NCBI GenBank assembly: GCA_007693605.1
Contig: REDG01000037.1
Location: forward strand, 1 to 32,153
Origin: Bradymonadales bacterium
Lineage (GTDB): Bacteria > Bdellovibrionota > UBA2394
DNA: 32,153 bases
Direction of reading: 5' to 3'
In this document: positions 27,516 to 32,153 of the stretch, piece by piece
How the letters are laid out: each line of letters opens with the position of its first letter
How positions within the stretch are numbered: position 1 is the stretch's first letter
Program-made: the position numbers and the translations under genes
The notes under the pieces: model-generated
Told to the model about the DNA's origin: nothing
The model's database searches: none
The model's input: the letters and a program-made list of their open reading frames with translations, nothing else

Positions 27516-28230
27516 CGGGGACAGATTTTTCTTGAAGATCGGGAATTCTCGCATGGTCCTTTGGGATGGAGACGCGAGATGGCATAGCCTTCCTTCAACC
27601 GCGAGTTCGCTGTCAAGGCTGATGTCGAAAATGCCAGTGAATACTCGTCTGGTTTATATGAGTGTTCAGCCAGCAAGGGCTCGTGAGCTTCAGTCTGTGG
27701 CAAAGAAGAGGAAGATTTGCCTTTCGAGACCTTCGAGTTTAAGGCGGGGCCTGCGCTTTGCTTATCCAAGTCTTGGCGAGGATCGTCGCTGGAACTTGAT
27801 TGCCGGTCGATTCAAAACCAAGCGAGCTTTTGCTGTGATGGACTGTGGCTCTGCTGTTACAGTGGACTTTGTGAATTCTTCGGGAAAGCATTTGGGAGGT
27901 TGGATCTGGCCGGGCACAACAATGATGCGTGACTTGCTTCATCTCAAGACGGCTCAGCTTCCGCTACTTTCAAAAGAGCCTTTGAAGAAGGGCTTGGGTC
28001 GATCTACGAGGGATTCGATCTTGGTTGCGCCGATCCATGCACTTGAAGCCTTTCACGCTTATGTCAGAAAGTATTTGCAAAGAAGTCTGGGTTCGGGGGC
28101 GCGCTTGTTTTTGACGGGGGGAGATTCTCGACTTCTTCTACCTTCAAGTCGCTTTGACCCTTATATGGGCTTGAAGGCCTTGAAACGAGTCGATCAAGAG
28201 AGGTTGCAGAAGAGGGGAGGTAGACTGTGA
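27505..28230 (+). CDS. coaX: Type III pantothenate kinase with an atypical first motif
   Basis: IGNS, SV, LGEDR, DCGSAVTVD, HLGGWIWPG, TAQLP and LTGGD. Probable TTG start at 27505 after GGGGAG. Confidence 0.88.
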   Translation: MSRNGDRFFLKIGNSRMVLWDGDARWHSLPSTASSLSRLMSKMPVNTRLVYMSVQPARARELQSVAKKRKICLSRPSSLRRGLRFAYPSLGEDRRWNLIAGRFKTKRAFAVMDCGSAVTVDFVNSSGKHLGGWIWPGTTMMRDLLHLKTAQLPLLSKEPLKKGLGRSTRDSILVAPIHALEAFHAYVRKYLQRSLGSGARLFLTGGDSRLLLPSSRFDPYMGLKALKRVDQERLQKRGGRL

Positions 28231-29273
28231 GTCGTCCTCGATATGAAGATTTAGCTCCGAAACTTCAGATGATGGTGGGAGATCAGAATCCGAAACAGAA
28301 GTTGATGGTTTCGAAGGGGGTCGCGCCAGCTCCGCCGGAACTTTTGATGTCTGCTTGGGTTTACTTGGCGGAAGATTCCGATCCGATGATCTCTGCAGCC
28401 GCAAAGAAGAGTCTTCTTGAATACCCAGAGGCTGCGGTCTTGGGGGTTCTACAAAAGGACTTGGCCGACTGGGTTTTGGAGGGAGTTGGAAGTCAGCGCC
28501 AAGAGGAGAGCATTTTAGAGGCCTTGATTTTGAATCCTCGGACGCCTGCAAGCTTTCTTTTGACTCTTGCGCCCCAGTGTTCTGAGAGGCTGACTCAGTT
28601 GATTGTCGAAAACCAAGAGAGAGTGATTGAAACCCCCGAGTTGGTTCGAGCTCTTGAGGCCAACCCAAAGAACTTGAAGAGCAATACCGACCGACTGCGT
28701 CAGTTCTTAAAGTTGGCAGGCATTTATATTCCAGGAGATCCTACGACTTCTTCTGCTGCGGAAAAAGACGCGAAGGCCGATGCGGCCGAGGCAGAGACCG
28801 AGAGCCGCTCTGATTCTGCCAGCGCGGAGACGACAGAAGAAGAAAGTCTGGGAGAAGAGCAAAGAATGACGCTTCAAAAGCTCATTTTTTCTTTAAACAC
28901 CGGGGGAAAAATTAAGTTGGCGCTGAAGGGAAACAAAGAGGCGAGGGGGATTTTGATTCGGGATACGAATAAACTGGTTGCCACCTCCGTTTTAAAGTCG
29001 CCTCGAATCACAGAGAATGAAGTGGTTCATTATTCGGGTCTGAAGAATCTGAGTGAAGATGTCGTGCGAGATATCTCAAAGCATCCGGGTTGGACAAAGA
29101 ACTATACGGTGAAGGTCAATCTCGTACAGCACCCCAAGACCCCGCTCACGGCTTCGATGCAGTTTTTGAAGTTTCTGAATCTACGAGATCTGGCGCAAGT
29201 TTCGAAAGCTAGAACTGTGCCCGCTCCCGTGAGAAAAGCCGCAAAGCAACTTTTGAACACCAAGAGACGATAA
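28227..29273 (+). CDS. Hypothetical alpha-helical repeat protein
   Basis: Repeated L..NP.TP-type motifs (LILNPRTP, LEANP, VLKSPRIT, LVQHPKTP) and KIKLALKGNKEARGILIRD. 4 bp overlap with coaX. Confidence 0.8.
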   Translation: MSRPRYEDLAPKLQMMVGDQNPKQKLMVSKGVAPAPPELLMSAWVYLAEDSDPMISAAAKKSLLEYPEAAVLGVLQKDLADWVLEGVGSQRQEESILEALILNPRTPASFLLTLAPQCSERLTQLIVENQERVIETPELVRALEANPKNLKSNTDRLRQFLKLAGIYIPGDPTTSSAAEKDAKADAAEAETESRSDSASAETTEEESLGEEQRMTLQKLIFSLNTGGKIKLALKGNKEARGILIRDTNKLVATSVLKSPRITENEVVHYSGLKNLSEDVVRDISKHPGWTKNYTVKVNLVQHPKTPLTASMQFLKFLNLRDLAQVSKARTVPAPVRKAAKQLLNTKRR

Positions 29274-29289
29274 AGTCTGTATTCCCGAA

Positions 29290-29318
29290 TAGACAAGTTT
29301 CTCATCCGCCCTTATAGT
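29290..29318 (+). promoter_or_regulatory. Sigma70-type promoter for the HiPIP gene
   Basis: TAGACA-17 bp-TATAGT, 60 bp upstream of the ATG. Confidence 0.65.
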
Positions 29319-29378
29319 TTAAGAGTTGTTAAACTCTGTTGCGCTTAGGTTCTTTTAAGACAGGAAAGGTGGTGTTCT

Positions 29379-29702
29379 ATGAAAGCGAGTCGTCGCACTT
29401 TTTTGACTTGGCTTGGATTGCTTCCGGCGGGTTTTCTCCTTTTTTCGAGAAAGTATCCAGTAGAGGCTGCTGGTCCCCTCAAGCTGGATGATCCAACGGC
29501 GCAAGCCTTATGCTATCGCTTGAAGACTTCACAGGTCGACAAGTCTGACCCTCGGTGTTCTCGTTTTGAGCCGAGCCAGAACTGCGCAAACTGTAAGCTG
29601 TATTTGGCGGCACCCACGGCGCCTCAAGGCCCATGCCAGATCTTTCAGAACAAGATCGTTCCTGCAGAGGCTTGGTGCAATGCTTGGGTGCCTAGGGACT
29701 AG
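29379..29702 (+). CDS. High-potential iron-sulfur protein (HiPIP), Tat-exported
   Basis: Twin-arginine SRRTFL, DPTAQALxY, and QNCANCKLY...GPCQIF...AWCNAW supplying four 4Fe-4S cysteines. Confidence 0.9.
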   Translation: MKASRRTFLTWLGLLPAGFLLFSRKYPVEAAGPLKLDDPTAQALCYRLKTSQVDKSDPRCSRFEPSQNCANCKLYLAAPTAPQGPCQIFQNKIVPAEAWCNAWVPRD

Positions 29703-30789
29703 GGGCTGCGTTTTGGTTTCTTCGAGCCTGAGAGTGCTTGATTAGTCTTTGAATGGCATCCGCGCGAGAGCTTAGTTTGCCAGACCGCTCTGTCAGGTCA
29801 GAAAAGAATTCATACCAGCTGTACAAGACGGCAGCCTGGTGATGGTTAGAATTCGTCAAGCGAATATTATAGAAGCCGTTGATGGGGCGCCCACTTAAAA
29901 AGTCTCTTCGTTGGTAGAAGTGGTAAGTGACTCTCGGCGTCTCATTGACATCAAAAAATTGAGTCATCGGAATCACAAAGGGTTGCTGAATGGCATCTCC
30001 CAAAATGATCCAATCCAGATCGCGTCCCGTTTCTTCAATCAGTCTTCGCCGAAAGTTTCGGAGCTGGTGGGCGCCGTGACTGCCGCCCATCCCGACCAAC
30101 ATGGTCCTATGAAAGTTGGCTCCCTCAAAGCCACCAAAGAGGCTTGAAATGTCATCGAGAGCAGCTTGGGGAGAGACCGAGTGTCGAAAGCTCAATTTGC
30201 CAAGAAGAGGGTCATTTTCGTAGATCTCAAAATTTCTTCTTCCTGTGGTGAGTGTGGGTGCAGTTGTTGATGTGGAAGAGTGTCGAGTGAAACTAAAAGC
30301 TGAACCGTCCTCTAGTTTCCACTGGCTCAGGGCTGCTCGTTTGTCGCCGATTGGAATGTCTCCAAGGTGCAGAGTATTTGAGACTCTCAATTGATTAAAG
30401 TCATTTGGCATAAACTCAATAATGAAGATTCGTTCGTAGTTTCCGGCCTTCATGCTTCGGTCTACTCGTTCAATCAATTGCGGCCTGTGATTTTGAATAT
30501 AAGATCGAATATCGGTGGATTGCTTGTAGTTTGAAGTTCCCAGGTCTGGCCTGAAACCCAAAGAGCTGCAGCCGTTCATGGCACAACTAGCGGCCAGGAG
30601 GCTAAGACTGCAGAGTGTCTTGGGAAGTGAGGCCCGGGCCTCAAGTTCGCTCTCAGGTAGAATCACAAGAAACAGGATGCAGAGGGGAATGTGGCGGAGT
30701 AGTCGCCAAGCTCGGTCGAGTGTCCCTCCAAAACGACTAGAGACCGCCTGCGCAGAGAAGGACCTAGATCCTATCCAAAACGCTGACAT
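29692..30789 (-). CDS. Putative exported alpha/beta-hydrolase-like protein, start uncertain
   Basis: GxSxG-like elbow GGSHG after a beta-strand, WIILGDA, FYQRRD and a late His pair (NHH). Hydrophobic, lipobox-like segments near the N-terminus. Confidence 0.55.
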   Translation of the reverse strand: MSAFWIGSRSFSAQAVSSRFGGTLDRAWRLLRHIPLCILFLVILPESELEARASLPKTLCSLSLLAASCAMNGCSSLGFRPDLGTSNYKQSTDIRSYIQNHRPQLIERVDRSMKAGNYERIFIIEFMPNDFNQLRVSNTLHLGDIPIGDKRAALSQWKLEDGSAFSFTRHSSTSTTAPTLTTGRRNFEIYENDPLLGKLSFRHSVSPQAALDDISSLFGGFEGANFHRTMLVGMGGSHGAHQLRNFRRRLIEETGRDLDWIILGDAIQQPFVIPMTQFFDVNETPRVTYHFYQRRDFLSGRPINGFYNIRLTNSNHHQAAVLYSWYEFFSDLTERSGKLSSRADAIQRLIKHSQARRNQNAAPSP

Positions 30790-30944
30790 ACCAAAACCCC
30801 CACAACTCGGATTTAGGCGATCTTTTTTGCAGAGACAAGACTTGAGTGAAGAGGCCTATGCCCATGGACCCAAAAATGTCGGATCGCCTATGCAGGGAAA
30901 GGCAGAGGCTCTAGAAAAGTGGAGGAGTTTCCGTGGCTTATCGC

Positions 30945-30960
30945 TGGCACTCTTCTTGCG
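30945..30960 (+). promoter_or_regulatory. Sigma54 (-24/-12) promoter
   Basis: TGGCAC-TCTTC-TTGCG matches TGGCAC-N5-TTGC, 13 bp before ATG 30974. Confidence 0.75.
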
Positions 30961-30973
30961 GTCCTTTAAGCGC

Positions 30974-31462
30974 ATGAAACAGATTCGTTCAAGACTTCAA
31001 GCCTTCACCCTCTTCGCTCTCCTTCTCGTGGGGGTAATCGGTTGTGGGAGTGCTGAAAATTTTGGCCTTGTTGGTGACCCGACTGGGGCTCCTCAAGGGA
31101 GTCTTGTTGACATTTCACCTGTGATCCCTCCCGGAGAGGAAGAGTCGGAGTCTGGTGGAGAAGAAGGTTCTCTGCCTAAGCCGGTTCCGATGCCAGAAGT
31201 GGGAGACGGATATCTGATTACCTGCCCAAGTCCCAAGGGAGAGGGCTCAGCCTTTCAAGAGATTCTTCAGATTTCTGACGGGAAAGTCGCCGTGCTGGAT
31301 GCAAAGTTTGTTGAAGCTCCTCAGAATGCAATGGGTTCTGGAGCCATCGGGCAAAGTAATGTGGGGCCCAGCGCAGTCATCAGTTACGACGACGCCGTCA
31401 TCGGAGGCCAGGACTTTCAGACTCTTGCCAACAGCTTTCTCTGTCGAACAACTTACTATTAA
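30974..31462 (+). CDS. Hypothetical lipoprotein (162 aa)
   Basis: MKQIRSR + hydrophobic stretch + lipobox VIGC, an acidic/Pro linker, and a small C-terminal domain with two cysteines. Confidence 0.75.
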   Translation: MKQIRSRLQAFTLFALLLVGVIGCGSAENFGLVGDPTGAPQGSLVDISPVIPPGEEESESGGEEGSLPKPVPMPEVGDGYLITCPSPKGEGSAFQEILQISDGKVAVLDAKFVEAPQNAMGSGAIGQSNVGPSAVISYDDAVIGGQDFQTLANSFLCRTTYY

Positions 31463-31476
31463 AGTTCAGTCTTATC

Positions 31477-31526
31477 TGGTGTAGAGCCGCCAGCCCCCAC
31501 TTAATGGTGTAGTGCCTGTAGAGCCC
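31477..31526 (-). repeat. Cluster of REP-like motif pieces downstream of tRNA-Ser
   Basis: TGGTGTAGAGCCGCC, CCCACTTAATGGTGTAG and TGTAGAGCCC are reverse complements of the 7598-7680 motif. Confidence 0.7.
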
Positions 31527-31638
31527 ATTTGGCGGAGGAGGTGAGATTCAATGTCAACCGGAGGTTGAAGGGGATAAGGACACGAGTTCGTGAGTTCGTT
31601 CGAGACGACGACGCCATTTGGCGGAGGAGGTGAGATTC
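31525..31638 (-). repeat. 25 bp direct duplication of the tRNA-Ser 3' end (89 bp period)
   Basis: CCATTTGGCGGAGGAGGTGAGATTC at 31525-31549 and 31614-31638. Confidence 0.92.
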
Positions 31639-31708
31639 GAACTCACGAAGGGGTTCCCCCCTTGCCGGTTTTCAAGACCGGTGCCTTCAACCACTCGGCC
31701 ACTCCTCC
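31619..31708 (-). tRNA. tRNA-Ser(TGA), CCA encoded
   Basis: Minus strand GGAGGAGTGGCCGAGTGGTTGAAGGCA-CCGGT-CTTGAAA-ACCGG-long variable arm-GTGAGTTCGAATCTCAC-CTCCTCC-GCCA. Confidence 0.97.
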
Positions 31709-32153
31709 TGATATTGGTGCCAGCTGAGCTGGCACATTGCAATCGAGCCTACCGGTATCGGCGACCTTATCCAAGGCGAGGCCGCCTCCAACCGTTCACA
31801 ACAAAGGCATTTCTATCGAATTTCAAGAATTTTGCACCCCTAAATTTTAGAAAAGGAGGGAGGTATCATGATCTGATTGCATGCCTTGTCCCGAGCACCG
31901 AGCACAAATTCTTCTTCTGTAGCGATGCGAGGTCATTTGGCCGGGTTCTAACGAGCTAAAGACTGCACTAACGAGGTAAATCGAAACGCCCCGTTTGGCG
32001 ATTAAACCGAGGGTCAATCATGAAGTCTCTTATTTCGGTCGGAAGGGGAAGCACTGCTCCTTCACCATCGAAAAGTTCGGGATACAAGCCGACTACTTTG
32101 GAGTGCGGTCGAAAAATTGGAGTTGAAGTCACTTAGTTTTATTGATCTCGGAT

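Noticed and set aside
30578..30973. N-terminal extension of the 30578-31462 ORF
   Set aside because: The lipoprotein signal and promoter point to ATG 30974, and the extension overlaps the opposite-strand gene.
31525..31638. Integrated prophage or genomic island at tRNA-Ser
   Set aside because: The att-like copies are only 64 bp apart, with no integrase or cargo between them.
31618..31959. ORFs overlapping tRNA-Ser
   Set aside because: They are translations of the tRNA sequence and its flanks.
31740..32153. Small ORF or gene fragment at the right edge (e.g. a ~54 aa minus-strand frame)
   Set aside because: All frames I checked are short, with no recognisable motif. Sequence beyond the window is needed.

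Overview
This is chromosomal DNA, probably from a Bdellovibrionota/deltaproteobacteria-like bacterium (inferred from RomR-like, Bd0109-like YD-repeat, HiPIP and PilZ genes and sigma54 promoters). I found no prophage, transposase, integrase or CRISPR array. Housekeeping genes are rnr, ubiB-like, ktrAB/trkAH, purB, ald, comF, glmU, glmS, birA and coaX, plus tRNA-Leu(GAG) and tRNA-Ser(TGA). The less ordinary content is: (1) both tRNA genes are flanked by repeats that pair a sense copy of the tRNA end with an antisense copy of the neighbouring arm, as three 137-139 bp tandem units at tRNA-Leu and one 89 bp unit at tRNA-Ser; (2) 124 bp intergenic hairpins and the tRNA-Ser flank share strand-specific tandem G.A mismatches; (3) an intact but apparently catalytically dead P1B-type ATPase sits in a tightly coupled operon with KtrB/KtrA; (4) three tandem lipoproteins, two with clear Ig-like domains, lie behind a near-consensus sigma54 promoter. 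All homology calls come from motif recognition by eye, not database searches.
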